Shown: piece after piece, positions 29,614-42,990 of the stretch
How positions within the stretch are numbered: position 1 is the first letter of the stretch
Layout: every line of letters starts with the position of its first letter
Assembly: GCA_009103225.1 (NCBI GenBank)
Contig: RHPI01002998.1
Span: 95,813-159,812, forward strand
Length of the DNA: 64,000 nt
Origin: Chlorokybus atmophyticus
Lineage: Eukaryota > Plantae > Mesostigma and Chlorokybus algae
Reading direction: 5' to 3'
Made by a program: the position numbers and the translations under genes
The notes under the pieces: generated by a model
Database searches by the model: none
What the model saw: the letters and a program-made list of their open reading frames with translations, nothing else
Told to the model about the DNA's origin: nothing

Positions 29614-30410
29614 GGTAGCTCAGCTACATGCTGCGCCAGCCGACATGGCCCCCCGCGACGTAATATTCCTCTGCCGTGTTCTGTCGTGTCGCGCGCCATA
29701 CGACGCGGAACCGGCCAACTTCGAGTGTTAACTTCATAATACGCTATCAGGCTATGTAAAGTTTGTTGTACAACGGAACCGGCAAAAGTTGTGGTGGGTA
29801 ATAGCGTGACTTTGTGTGTTTCCGAGATTCGGCACCAAGTTCCATGGTCGTGGTTTTGGTGAATAACAGCGCACCATACCAGTCAGAATTCGTTTACCAC
29901 CACCACGACCGGTGTGTACCAGTCTTTAAGAATGCAAGCCAGCTGCGATTAGACCTCTGACTGGTACGTTAACGTTAACATAGCCGGCTAGCGACCAGGC
30001 TCGTTCACGTCATCTTCAGAGTTGTTTTCGTTGTGCGACGGCGGCCAGATTCCGCCGGCATGTCAATGCATCTGTCTGCCCTCCCTTCGTTGCGTGGCCC
30101 TCGAGATTCGCCACAGCGGCTCGCATCTTGCGTATGGCAGAAGGCTGGTTTAAGGGATCAGCACGCACACAATCACATCGTTGTTCTACCAACAAGTCTT
30201 GTTCACATCCCATGCGCTAACTGGAAGCTGCAAGATGACACGAACGAACTTGCATTACCCCTCAAAAAAATTGCACAATCTCTTAACAATGTTGAAGCAT
30301 ACCGATAGTAACTTCCTCAAATAGATATGTTGATAGGAATGTTATACAGGTGTCATTCACACTGACTATGGTAATACGATAACTACCCGCGTAGTAGCCC
30401 CCCCCCCCCC

Positions 30411-30603
30411 NNNNNNNNNNNNNNNNNNNNNNNNNNNNNNNNNNNNNNNNNNNNNNNNNNNNNNNNNNNNNNNNNNNNNNNNNNNNNNNNNNNNNNNNNN
30501 NNNNNNNNNNNNNNNNNNNNNNNNNNNNNNNNNNNNNNNNNNNNNNNNNNNNNNNNNNNNNNNNNNNNNNNNNNNNNNNNNNNNNNNNNNNNNNNNNNNN
30601 NNN
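30411..30603. other. Assembly gap (N run) flanked by C-runs
   Basis: 193 N characters. Confidence 1.
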
Positions 30604-33513
30604 CCCCCCTCCTCCCCCTCCGAATAACAAGCCCGATTGAAAATTATGGTAAAGGGCTTATGTAAAAAAAGGGGGGCATTTATACGGGTAATGCAGCATA
30701 CATATGTTTGTCTGCATTGCAATCCGATTGCAATGAGTCATGATATTACAATCACAATGTGCATTAACTTTGATACACATTATGTTCTATTATAATTAAG
30801 ATATACGAATGTTAATAGCATTCTCATCATTAGGCTGTCCTGTAACTATACTTGATTCAGCACTGTTTTTATGCAACGTGGGTAAAATGCTGTAACAAAT
30901 GTAATTCTTCATAAACCAAACCCTCTTGTGAAGGCATTTCGTATGATGTAAACATTCATGAAACATTACTTGTTAAGCTGATTAACACATGAGCATGGCG
31001 TGAAAATTCTAAACATGCTAAGCATGCAGCCTGCGACTGCGCAAATATCTATAGTTTTATCATTTGAACAACCTCCCATACTTGATGATGTGCGCAAGTG
31101 GCTATAATATGTGTTTACTAGCATGTATTTATGCTATAGCAAGGATGGTTGCTATGATATGCCTAATATAGCATGTGTTATTTTATGACTACCCAATAAG
31201 TCATGTTGTGCTGCTGTTTTGATATGACTTGAAAAATCTGGAGTGCTACATCTTAGACTAATAAATCTCGACGTTAATTTTCTTATATAGGCCTTTTAAT
31301 TTAGCCTTGAACCATATACATCACGATTATGGATCAATAATACGCATTTAGCAACTTGGTGGCAAAAAAAGTTTGAGTTCCAGTACCTTTTTTGGGTTGA
31401 AGTACTTGGAATAGTACAGTAGCCATTTTAATGTTATTGTTCATAACAATTGTGTGGCTATGTGCTTTAATCTTGTTTTTTGTTATAGGGCATGGGCGTA
31501 AAAAGAATAAACGATGTTTCAAGAATCAGGTCTTTATGAATGGCCAAACGAACAAGAAATGTTTTGTGTTTGTGTTATAGTTAAATTCACAATTGATTAA
31601 ACCTAACCTTATGTGACATTCCAACCTCTGCAGATTCACAATTCCGATGTATGCACATTATGGAGGGAACAAGTGTGCACACAATGTAAATTGGTACCCT
31701 ATGCAAGCACATCTGAAACACCCTACCTATATATGCAAAAAGGAATTATATTGTCATTCACACAAACAGTTTAATGTACATTTATGTACTGTATATAGCA
31801 TTTGGGCTAGGTAATTAATAGTCAACTACAACATACATTAAATAGAATACAAGGTTACCATTATATATCGAATAGAAAGTATGATCTTTATATACACCAT
31901 GAATTGTAATTTTAAATATGCATGGTGCGGACATTTGCGGCAGCGAGATGCGGGTTGGATAAGAACGCGGATCAGGCTTGATCTTAACACGTGGCATGGA
32001 ATTGCGTAAATTCACAATGCATGGTTCTTTAATTGTTAATACGGGTTTCCGTTTTTCCACGCCGTGCCTGACCAATAATCGTACGCATCATGTTAGGTGC
32101 TGTCTTTCCGGTCACACAAGTAGTGTGTTTGAAGAATACAGCAGCTGCTGATGCTTTGCTACTACGTTGCTATGCATCTTGCACCCGCAATAGTTCAACT
32201 TACATACGCATATAAGCAAGACCATCAACACTATTGTGCACAAGATGTCATTACGTGTGTCCATAATTGTTGTTGCCCCAGCTATGTGTCATTATGCATT
32301 GACCGATATTTGCCCGTCTCAGTTTTATCCTCATCCTCGTTAATGGCAGACACCAACACGTTCAGCTAAGCGTCGTTGGGAGGCTTAACCAAGACTACAA
32401 TGCGGGAATTCTTAAGCATGCAGCCATTTTTCACATTATGTGCTTAATGTGGGGTTGTTTGTGCTAAACATACCGCATGTTTACGGGCCGTTCATCTCAA
32501 AGTGTATTAAAGATTGTTTATTTGAGCGCATTGCAACTGCTGTATATTCATTACTGCTCACCTGTCTTTGCAGACTGTAAGAATGTTCCTGCAAAGGCCT
32601 AGTTGATTCTGCAGTTCATGCGTGCATAAGCATATGGCTAATGCACATCATGCACACATGCCATGCCACAGTCTCTATAAGCCAATGGCATTCACAGGTG
32701 CACAACACATCAACTATGTGCACAAGTCTGCACACAAGGTAGACACACGTGTCTAATCTGCACACATGCGCATGCACAGTGCTCCCTTAGTGGAGAGGGA
32801 GGCGTGCACAGGCAAAGGGAGGCTTAGGAATAAGCTCCCTTGGACTCTGCAACGGTGAGGGCTTCATGGAGCAGCTTGCAGCGGACCTTGGAGGGCATTC
32901 AATATTTTGTTTTGTTTGCTTCATTGCCCAGGCAACATGATAAACGAAATGCGGCGAGTTTACGGTAGGTTTTATGCAAAGTACTTATTAAGTTATTCAT
33001 TTGCCTTCTGCAGCATTAATTGTAGCATAGGTAGGTCGCTGCAGTTTGCTATATCAAATCTTGGAAGATGTGTAGAATTGTACACATTTATCAATAACAA
33101 TGCATATTGTACATGGTTTGTCGTGATCTATCGGACACGCTTGTATTATTAATAAATCTGATTGATGTACATGCATTGTACGCAACGACCACAAGTTTAT
33201 ACCAACACATATTCAAAAGGTTAGCGCAATCTGTTTTAAAAGGTCCATACGTTTTAATAAACAACAAGCTTTGCCCCTACGTTTCCGAGATATGTAATTA
33301 TAGTGTTGTTACAAGCGCAGCTTTTAATGAATTGGTTGCGCATGGTGATACGTATCGACGTTTGCAAGTGTAAGGGCAAGCCTTTCCCTCAATCATCGTG
33401 TGTGCAACATGCTGTACAATAGTACAATAGTCTATGTGTAAACAATGATGTGTTGTCAATTGTATTATTTCAAATGACCAGGTTTTCGGCATGCGCATTG
33501 ATAACGACTTTAT

Positions 33514-33770
33514 CAGCACTCTTGAGTCACGAGTCATGACTCAAGAGTGCTGCTGTCACGGACGACGGCAGCCGTCCCTTGAGCGGCGGCTTTGATCGAC
33601 GCTCGACATTGCCTCGGCGCGTACGGCAGAATTCACTGTGCCGACAATCCTCCGCATCGACGACGCGCCCGCATACGAAGCGTCGGCGCCTGAGGCCGCG
33701 TCTCCGTCGGCGATACGTCATTAGCGTCAGCGCTATGGTTTCGTAATTAGGGTTAGGGCTAGTATATACC
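33514..33770 (+). promoter_or_regulatory. Putative promoter of the SIP gene: 16-bp-arm palindrome with TGA(G/C)TCA motifs, CpG-rich stretch, TTAGGG pair and TATA-like element
   Basis: CAGCACTCTTGAGTCA-cgagtca-TGACTCAAGAGTGCTG at 33514-33552; TTAGGGTTAGGG near 33747-33758; TATATA near 33764; a GTGAGC donor follows about 100 nt downstream. Confidence 0.45.
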
Positions 33771-34409
33771 GCTGCATGCATGCATCCATGCATCCATTCA
33801 TTCGTTCTGTTGCACGAGGGCAATGCGAGTCACTAGGCGCTCAGCGAGATCTGGCGGGAGGCCTGAGCTGAGGTGAGCATGTGTTTGTCTGCTTGAGTGT
33901 TGTTGTGTGCGGGTTGAGCTTGCCGTAGAGTTGTCGTTTGGTACTGCTGTTTGTGTGCGCTGGTGACACTTGCTGCTGCGGATGCTGTAACGCTTGCTGT
34001 CGCTTTTGCTGTTGCTATGTATGCGAGCATAGAGGTTGCGGCTGGAATGCTTATGTTCAGCAGCGAACTTCAGTTAGGTTGGCATTGTCGTACGCAGTGC
34101 TGTTTGTGTGTAGCTCGTGTCAAGGTCGTTGGACATCAAAGCGGCTGCAGCTCCAGCTGGTACATTGGCTTCTAATGTGTGTACCTTATCATAGCTTGTC
34201 AGCGAGGCTTGGCCTAGTTATAGGTGTAATCAAATCAAGGTCATCCCTGAGTCAGTGTCATGTGCCTGAGTCTCAGTTGGAACTTCCAGAAGGTTCAGCA
34301 CACCCTTCGAAGCTGCGATTAGATTCAATTGCAGCTTGTGCTTAATGCTGGCGTAGCTGGTCACCCCTCCAATCTCAGACGCATTTGTGTGGTGTTGTGT
34401 CAGCCTTGC

Positions 34410-37400
34410 ATGAAGCCCTTGCCGCAGCTCTCTAGGCTAAGACGGCTGTGTTTGCGGAAGGTGGAAGGAGTTAGAAGAGGCAAGGACAGCGGTGCGCTCC
34501 AGCCACAGCACAAACAACAGCAACAGCTCATTAAGCAAACTCCTGCCAACTTTGCCACAAGCAGGCGTGACGGCTGTGCGAGCTTCCACTTGGCTATGCA
34601 GAAGTAAGCTGTTGTGACCATTACTTGCCTCCACGGAGTCAGTCAGTTAGCTGTGTACTGTGTGCAACGCTCCAGTGTGTTTGCTATAGTGAGTTGATCA
34701 GTCATTGGTAGTTGTTGCAATGCGTCAAAACCCTAACGCACACGTCTTGTCTGCAGGTTTGGCACTCAGCAAAGCGTGAGCTTCAGCTCGATGGCCTCCT
34801 GCGCGATGGAAGAAGAGACTGCAAACATCTCGAGTGTTTGCTTGCAAGACGGCACGCTGCTGTTCGACTCACATCCGATCCTCAGCAGCATCCCAAAGGT
34901 GAGGATGCAGTTGCCATGAATTCCCTTTGTTTGAGCCTTTTTGACTACGCACAGTCAGTTGACTATGCAGTGGGCTGTGTTGCAGGCTGTGTACGCAACA
35001 CACCAGCAGGATTTAACAACCGACGATGACATGACAGCAACAGCAGCACCAAGCGTGATCCTTGGCGCCAGCACTTCAAAAAACAGCTCCACGCACGACA
35101 TACCCATCGGCAACCTCATTTGCCGCCGCGCGCTGGCGCTCGGCCGCACCTCCTTGTGGTGGATGCAACCTACATGGACAGGCGCCGACGATAATTTAAG
35201 TGTCTTCCCCGAGACACAGGTAACTGATATTGGTTGTTTGCGGTAAAACAATTTGTTGACGAGCAGCCAACCAGTGTCTGACTAAGTTGCGATGTGTCCT
35301 TGTGCAGATGATGCTTTTGGAGCTGGAGGAGGGTGGGCCCTATGCAGCCATGCTGCCTCTAGTAGACCCATCCGGCTTCAGGGCAACTCTGCATGGTGGG
35401 CCGAATGTCTCGAAGGGCTGGGTTGCACTGCGCATTGAAAGCGGTGACAAGCAAACAGAGGTAATCATCTAAACCAACATGAATGTGACGACTGGTTATG
35501 TGGCGAAGCATCACACCTGTCATCACTTACAACTGTCATGCAGGCTGCGAGCTGGTCTTCTCTGCTGGCGGTAGCAGCAAGCGACAATCCCTACACGGCT
35601 ATCAGCGCTGTCGTGGAAGCGGCCTCACAGCAGTTGAAGACCTTCCGCACACTCCGCCACAAAAAGCTGCCTCCGTGGCTGGACGCCTTCGGCTGGTGCA
35701 CATGGGACGCATTCTACTTCACTGTCTGCGCACAGGTAACAAACATGCTGACTTGTAGCATGCAGTCATGAACATGCTGACCTTTCCAATCTGTCTAATG
35801 CTGTTGTGAGTGATGCGCACGTGGAGTGCTTACACATGCTTGCGCAGGACCTTCCCGCTGGTTTGCGCTCTTTAGCGGAGGGTGGCACCCCTGCAAAGTT
35901 CGCCATCTTGGATGATGGATGGCAAACTGTGCAGACGGACCCGCAACTCAGCAAGCAACGAGTTGAAAAAGCAGCTGAGAAAACAAAGGACATTACCACT
36001 AGTACCTCTTGGTGGGCGACAGGGTTGAAGGTATCGTTGGACGTTATTATTATCACAAAGTACCCCATTCTCAATCACAAGCAGGAGCACTTGGTGTACT
36101 CTCAACCATAGCATCGCTTCCTTTGTTTGTTTGGAGGCTATTCACATTGATGATAACTCATATTGGTTATTCTGTTGTGCCTTGTAATTGCAGGTGTTAA
36201 ACATCCCCACATACGCAAGCAACTTGGCGCAGAACGTTGTGGCGAAGACGGTGCAGTGGTACTACAACAATATAGTCAAGCCCGCACAACACACCTCTAG
36301 GGAAAACTGTCCTCTGGTGAAAGCCTGGACCTATCTCGCTAAGACGGCCCTGCGCCAGGCCGTGCTTGCATTCTACGCTGAAACGCAGACATTCTCCAAG
36401 CGGCTCGTTTCTGTTAGAGCGAACACCAAGTTTGCGGGTGTTGGTGCTGGCCGGGACTCCGGCGAGTCCACTCCCGAAGCTGGTGGCGGTCTCAAGGCTG
36501 TTATCAAGCATGCTAAAGACACAATGGGCGTCGATTGGGTCATTGCGTGGCACGCACTCTCAGCGTATTGGGGTGGAGTGTCTCCACAAGCAGAAGAGAC
36601 CAACCGGTAAGCCATGCTCGCCAAACACTGCTGTGACATGCACGCGCGTGAGTGTAAACGCACACTTGCCCGCACGCACGCACACTGTATCTGAACGGTG
36701 ACTTACCACACTGTTGCCTTATGTTCAGGTATGGTGCAACACTGCAAAAGCCCAACAACCTGCCTGCCATGGTTGAGTACGAGCCTCTGCTTGACTGGGA
36801 CCCAAGAGCCATTGGCGGCGTGGGCATTGTGCCACCACAGAGCATCGGACATGTGTACGACGACATGCACACATACTTGTCCGACGCTGGCATCGACGGC
36901 GTGATGGTGGATGTGCAGGCCGGTGTTGGTCCGATGGGCTCGGGCTATGGCGGCGGCCCCTCCCTCGTCAAAACTTACACGAAGGAGCTGGAGTCCTCCG
37001 TGAAGAAGCACTTCCCGGAGGGCAGCGTCATGGGCTGCATGTGCCACAGCACAGAGAACCTCCTTCACTACTGGGACACTCCTGTGGCCAGAGCCTCCGA
37101 CGACTTCTATCCTTTGGTTGAAGCCAGCCACCGCGCGCACATCGTCGGCGTCTCGTTCAACAGCCTGTTTATTGGGGAGATTGCACAGCCCGACTGGTAA
37201 GCATTCCCTCGAGCTACCACTATACTTGCCGCTTCACATAATAGTGAGGCTTACACCTTCCTCCTTGTGGTCTTACAGGGACATGTTTCACTCTCAGCAC
37301 CCTGCAGCGGGTCTGCACGCAGCGGCACGAGCCATCAGTGGCGGAGCGGTAAGTGATGAGACTCACATCTGATCGTATTTCCCTCGACACGGTTGGTATG

Positions 37401-38331
37401 TTGTTGGTGTTGTCATGCTAATAACCTTATGTTCTGCTAGGTATATGTCAGCGACGGCCCAGGGCACCACGACTTTGAGTTATTGAAGACTTTGGTGTTA
37501 CCAAACGGGAGAGTCCTGCGTGCTCTGCTACCAGGCAGGCCAACCCGCGACTGCCTGTTTGAAAACGTTTCACACGATGGCCGGACAGCACTGAAGGTAA
37601 GTATTACATACATCCACATCAGCATGGTCGATGGCACATATGCATTCACAACAATAACCACACACTGTGCAAGTGGAACTTGCACAGTGACACCAAGCAC
37701 TGTAAAGACACATGCATACCTCAGCTGGATACAGCGCCGGTGCTAATACCTCTTTGCCATGCAGGTTTGGAACCACAATCGCACAAGCGGGGTGCTGGCG
37801 GCATTCAACGTACAAGGAGCATCGTGGGATCGAAGCAAGCGGGCCTTTAGCACGCACGACAGCGCGCCCGCCACACTGAATGTGAAACTATCTCCTTCAG
37901 ATGTGGAGGACCTCTGCTCCTTCCACCCCGCAGCAGCGTATGCATTGCACACGCACACAACAGACGAAGTCCACCTTCTCCGAGCAGACGATCGTGTCCA
38001 CATAGAGCTCCCGCCCCTCGGCTACGAGATGGCATCAGTAACACCAGTTCTCTTCAAGGATTCCGTCGCCTTTGCCGCCATTGGCCTCGCAGACATGCTC
38101 AATTGTGGCGGCTCCGTCCTGCAGCAAACTCTGAGTTTGGGCCACAGAGTGAGTGCAACAGTCAACGCGCGCGGCTGCGGGAGGTTCCTTTGCTACTCCA
38201 GCGTGGAGCCCGTCGGTGTCACTCTTAATGGAGGAGCTGCTGACTTCAATTTTTATGAGGCAACAGGCAGATTGGAGCTGACCATCCCTGCAAGTGATGT
38301 CGACGAGGTGGCTATCAGCATTCTGTGGTGA
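34410..38331 (+). CDS. GH36 raffinose synthase / seed imbibition protein (alkaline alpha-galactosidase) family, with N-terminal extension; start codon approximate
   Basis: Motifs SLWWMQP, FPETQ|[116 protein letters not shown] and [14 protein letters not shown]. Ends in TGA at 38331. Confidence 0.92.
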
Positions 38332-39141
38332 TGCGGTATATTCTTGCAACATTTGTCCAAGATTCTGATTGAACAGTACAATTGCTGCACTGTTTCAACT
38401 TAGACCGATTGTGTAGCAACAATACTCTGGAGTCGCCACTTCAGTAGAGTTAGTGTGACTAGTCTATTCTTGGATTGCCAGTGGCGACCATCACTGTTAC
38501 AGTGGGATATTTCGGCAGCAGCATTGCTGCCATTGATTATGTAGTGTAGTCATTGCTTGTTTACTATGGCAGAGGTGAAATACCTTACCTGTGTCAACTT
38601 GGTTGTGAACCATTCAAAGAAGTTTACCTGTTTGGCCTGCTCTTGAATGGATTACAACAACGGCTACACAGGACTTGTTGTTGTTGTCATCGCATGCACG
38701 TCTGTGTCTGTCATGCTTCTGTTGGCGCTGTACTGTACAGCATACTATGCGATGAGTGTACTACAGGACTGACAACGTCACCAAAAGGTGGTGCCAATAT
38801 CATGGTAGCCAGGGCACCCACAGGCATGCGCACTAGGCGAGTGTGAGCCAAATCAATCAACTCAGACATGCACTATTGGCTCAATTTCTGGGTCCCATCA
38901 TGGGCACGGCATGTACTTACGAGCTGCATCGCCAGTGTCCATTGATGAGTCGAGGACTGCATGGAAGGCATCACCTGCGAATGGCTTTGGCAAATAATAT
39001 CTGTGCCATACGTCGCAACATACATGTACACCTGATGTGCGTCCTGCACGGCGCAGCACATCGGCAGCTGTCTATATTTGAGATCTCAGATTACAATTAC
39101 ATAATACACAGCAGGCGGATTGCAGTGTTGCCCCGTTGGTC

Positions 39142-42100
39142 TCAATCTATGATAACTTGTTGAACGTCAACAACAGGGCGTTTTTGTCGTTGCCTATCAG
39201 CATTATCAATTTCAGTTGCAAGCTCGTCCTCTGCTTCCGCAGGACGCTTGCGCTTCATGGTCGTTGTGGTAGTGGCGACAACGTGGACCTCACCCATATC
39301 CTTGTCCGCCGCAGTTGCTTCCGCCGGCGGCGTTTCAGGCGCAGCGGCTGCGGCGCTCCCCTTAACAATTATGCCGTCCGGCTCCTTTTCAGGGTCAAAG
39401 TTGTCTCGGTGCTCAACCAGAAGAGAGCATTCAAAGTTCTGCATGTGTAGAAGAACATGAGCATGTACCACTCGGAGACAAACATTCAGATCTCTCGATA
39501 CGAAAGCATGTTGAGTGCATGCTGTTTGCATAATAACCTGAGAAAAGTCTTCAACGGTAAGTAGCGAGTTATTCTTGACTCCCAACGCTTCCAGTGTCTT
39601 CCCTAGCGCCTTTGCATACCGTTCCTTCTCTCCTGCTGTCAAGTCGTCACCATCCTGCAGTGCATCGGAACATGAGCAAGCAAAGGAGAATAGAACCAAG
39701 AGCCCTGGAAAGTCAACCTTTACATGGCTAATGTAAGCAGCACGGTCAATGAAATTGGTCTACTCACACACATGCGCACACCCAAGCGGGTGTATGCACA
39801 CATGCGTGTGCGCTCTCGTGCGTGAGCACGTACGCACGCATGCCAGCAGACACGCGCGCACACGCATCGGTGTGGTATTGCACTTCCCAACAAGCAAGGC
39901 TGAACAGCAGTGGTGTGACCACACAATGCGAAACTCACTTCAAACAGCAGGTCTCCTTCATTGGTGCACACAGTCGGTGCCGCAAACCCGAGCCTTTGCT
40001 TGAGCCCTTTGGCAATGAAGACCCCGAGGGTGGCCTTCGCAACGTCCACCTCTATGCTAACCGTCTGCTTGGCGCACACAAAACAATGCGGGTTGGGCGG
40101 GCACGGCTGCGTGGGCATGAGCAGCTTGCGGTTGCTCGGGTACCGCAATATGTACGTGCACCGGCATCGGTCGTACTGCGCGCGCAGGATCTTCTCGGCT
40201 TCAAGGCAGACCATACCCGCCGCTATCGCGTTGGTCGTCGCAATTGCGTGGACTATCGCGCCCGCCATCCCCTTGGCATCAAACCAAGACTGCACATAGC
40301 ACAGCTTGCATGAAGCCAGGAGTAACCAGGCGCACAAAATGCACGACCATATGATACAGCGCGTGAGCATACCCTATCAAAAAATATGCTTCAGTGGATG
40401 ATTGATTAAACGAGAACCAAAGACATGAACGCACAGTCAACAAATGAAGGAATGCTAATTGAATGTACAACTATGACACAGAAGAAGCAAACAGACAAGC
40501 AGACAAAGGTTTGTCTGATTGTCTGTTGTGGCTCTTTCTGTGAACAAAATGTACATAAAACATGAAATGAGTGCTACCTGAGGCGGGATACTGAAGGCAG
40601 CACCGCGCAAGTTAGCCGCTGCGCACACAAAAGACACCGCCAAGTCATCATCCTTGTCGAAGGCGCAGCATCCAACGTCACGCTCGTCGCAGAAGCGAGA
40701 CACGCTGTCCAGAAACACCGCCGCGCTCTCCGCGACGCTCCACACGCGCTGCGTGTCCTTCAACGCGGTTCTGATGTCCACCTGATCGGTGCCGTTGTCA
40801 GCCACCTTTAGCGGTTTCGGCGCAGCTCTCTGCTTCCACAGATGCTCCATCGTGAGGAGCCGCTCAATATCAGCACCATATACGCGCTCAAAGATGCGTT
40901 GGGCAAAGTCTGTGCTTTTCTCATCCGGTCTTTGCAAGAAGAAGCTCAAGTCTTCTTTTTCGCCTGCAGGGGGCTCTCCCGTGCCATTTTCTGCCTTATT
41001 GCTCGTCCCTTCACCTCCTTCATTTGTGGTCTCCTCGTCCAAGTCAGTGACTGCGTCTGGCGGGCCGAACAGCCTTGCGAATAGCAGCTCCTTTGCCCAT
41101 ACTGTACAATGTATTGGCTGCAAGCCGATCAAGCACATGATAAGTTCACACAGACAAAGACAAGTTGACTGACTTGCCATGTATCAACACTTCAAATGCA
41201 TGTTCGCGCGTGCATGTCGCTATACACGGACACTACTCTGTCGTATTGCACATGCGTCTATGCACATGCCTGCGCTTGCAGCCGTGCTCATAGGATGCAT
41301 ACGTGTACATATGTGCATCTGTCCATGAAAACGCGCTTATCGTTCCCTGTGTTGATGGATACACAACCCACACACTTCTACAATAAATGCGGCGAAACAT
41401 ACACGCACGCACATGCATTCAATGTACACAGCAACTTGCCTGATAGTGGGGTGCACTACTCACACATATTGCATGACTTACTTTGTCGGGAGTATTGCGG
41501 ATAGTGCAGATGGGATACGACTTCGGCGTGGGCTTCGGCGTGCACTCAAAGCACTCAAAGTGCGGCTTCATGTGCACTGTGACCTGCCCCAAGTATCTGT
41601 CAAAAAGCAGGTCATGCGTTGGGCCCTTGCTGTAAAGACATCAACCAGAATGTTGCATCGTGTGTCTCCGATTACCCTACCCTGCAGTGCCTGACTCCAC
41701 AAGTGGCACTCCTGCAGCAAGGCAGGCCCGATTGACGTGTCTGCGGGCGTCGAGGTTGTCGAGCGCATTGAGCACGACGTTGAAGGTGCCAATGAAGGTG
41801 GCGCCAAACTCGGGCGTGCGGACGTTTGCATGATAAGCCTGGATTTTGCACTCTCGGCGGATTCTCGACACCGCCTCAGCAGCCACCTTGATGTTGACAT
41901 GTGTGCGTGTGCGTGTGCGTGTGCGTGTGCGAGTGCGTGACCACGTGTCACATTCATGCATGGCGTTTTCGAGTTGCTGCTCCTGCTACTGCTTGCCTTG
42001 GCTTTTGGCTGGCCTACGTGATGGCGCCGAAATAGGAACTGCCGGTTGAGGTTTGAGGTCTCAATGGTGTCCATGTCAACCTAGAGAGTGATGGATCAAC

Positions 42101-42687
42101 TTTTGCATGTGCGTTTTCTTGACAATACATGCAGCCATGCATACATGCAAATTTGTCATGGTACAGTAAATGTTAAGGGTGGTCAACGTCGCTAAGCAGG
42201 GGGATGCCTTTATGTCTGGCAAAATAGCTGCATGTGACATGCTGCAGCAGCAGAGAGACCAACATATGCGCACAGGGTCGCAACTCAACAACATTTCCTG
42301 CATGTGGCTTTGCCACATGCAAAACCACATGCTGCATTTTGATGGCCAAAAGACGCACAACACAGCACCGTACATGCTCATGCGCAACATTGCCTGACAT
42401 GCCTGCAGCAGCGGCGATTACTTGTAGAAACTAGATACACTTAAATTAGGCCAATGCCACTGACGTGCCAGTGAGAAAGCAAGCTTTGATGTAAATGCAT
42501 GCAAGTAACACTTCATGAGCCTGCATGAACAACTGCTACGGGCTTTCAGCATGCATGCAAGCTGCCTGACCACATGGATGTCCCGAAAGCCCTGCAGCGC
42601 CAGCGTCTTCAACAACTCGCACCCTATACCTCCGGCACCAACCACCAGCACCCGCGCTGAGCGTACGGCCTCGTCCACGTCAGCCAT
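39142..42687 (-). CDS. SAE2: SUMO-activating enzyme subunit 2
   Basis: [17 protein letters not shown]; [25 protein letters not shown]; [17 protein letters not shown]; [13 protein letters not shown]; [12 protein letters not shown]; [11 protein letters not shown]; PPNPHCFVC; C-terminal KRKR NLS-like motif. Confidence 0.95.
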
Positions 42688-42990
42688 GCCGCCGCCCACA
42701 CCACCGCTACCGCTGCCGCCGTTAGGGTTTCATTCAAACGCATGTTGCAAAACATTTTCGCGCCAAACGCAAGCAGCCGATATCCGATCCGGTACTGATA
42801 TCAAACAATGACTGATGTATCAGTGCGCTCTGTTAGCCAGCACGTTTCGGTTATTTTTGGCGTCTATTCTGTGCGCGTGATATCCATTCTACCAGGCCAT
42901 TGTACCAGGCCGGAAGGCGGGTTAGGCCGGGCTGGGCCAGGCCGGGTTTAGGCGGGGGCGGCGAGGGCGTCCGGAGTCGTAGTTGGAAAG

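Noticed and set aside
33747-33758. Interstitial telomere
   Set aside because: Only two TTAGGG units are present; at most a telo-box-like promoter word.
17650-38331. Carbohydrate gene cluster (UXT, SBE2, SIP)
   Set aside because: The products act in different compartments and pathways (Golgi, plastid starch, galactosides) and unrelated genes intervene, so co-location is likely chance.
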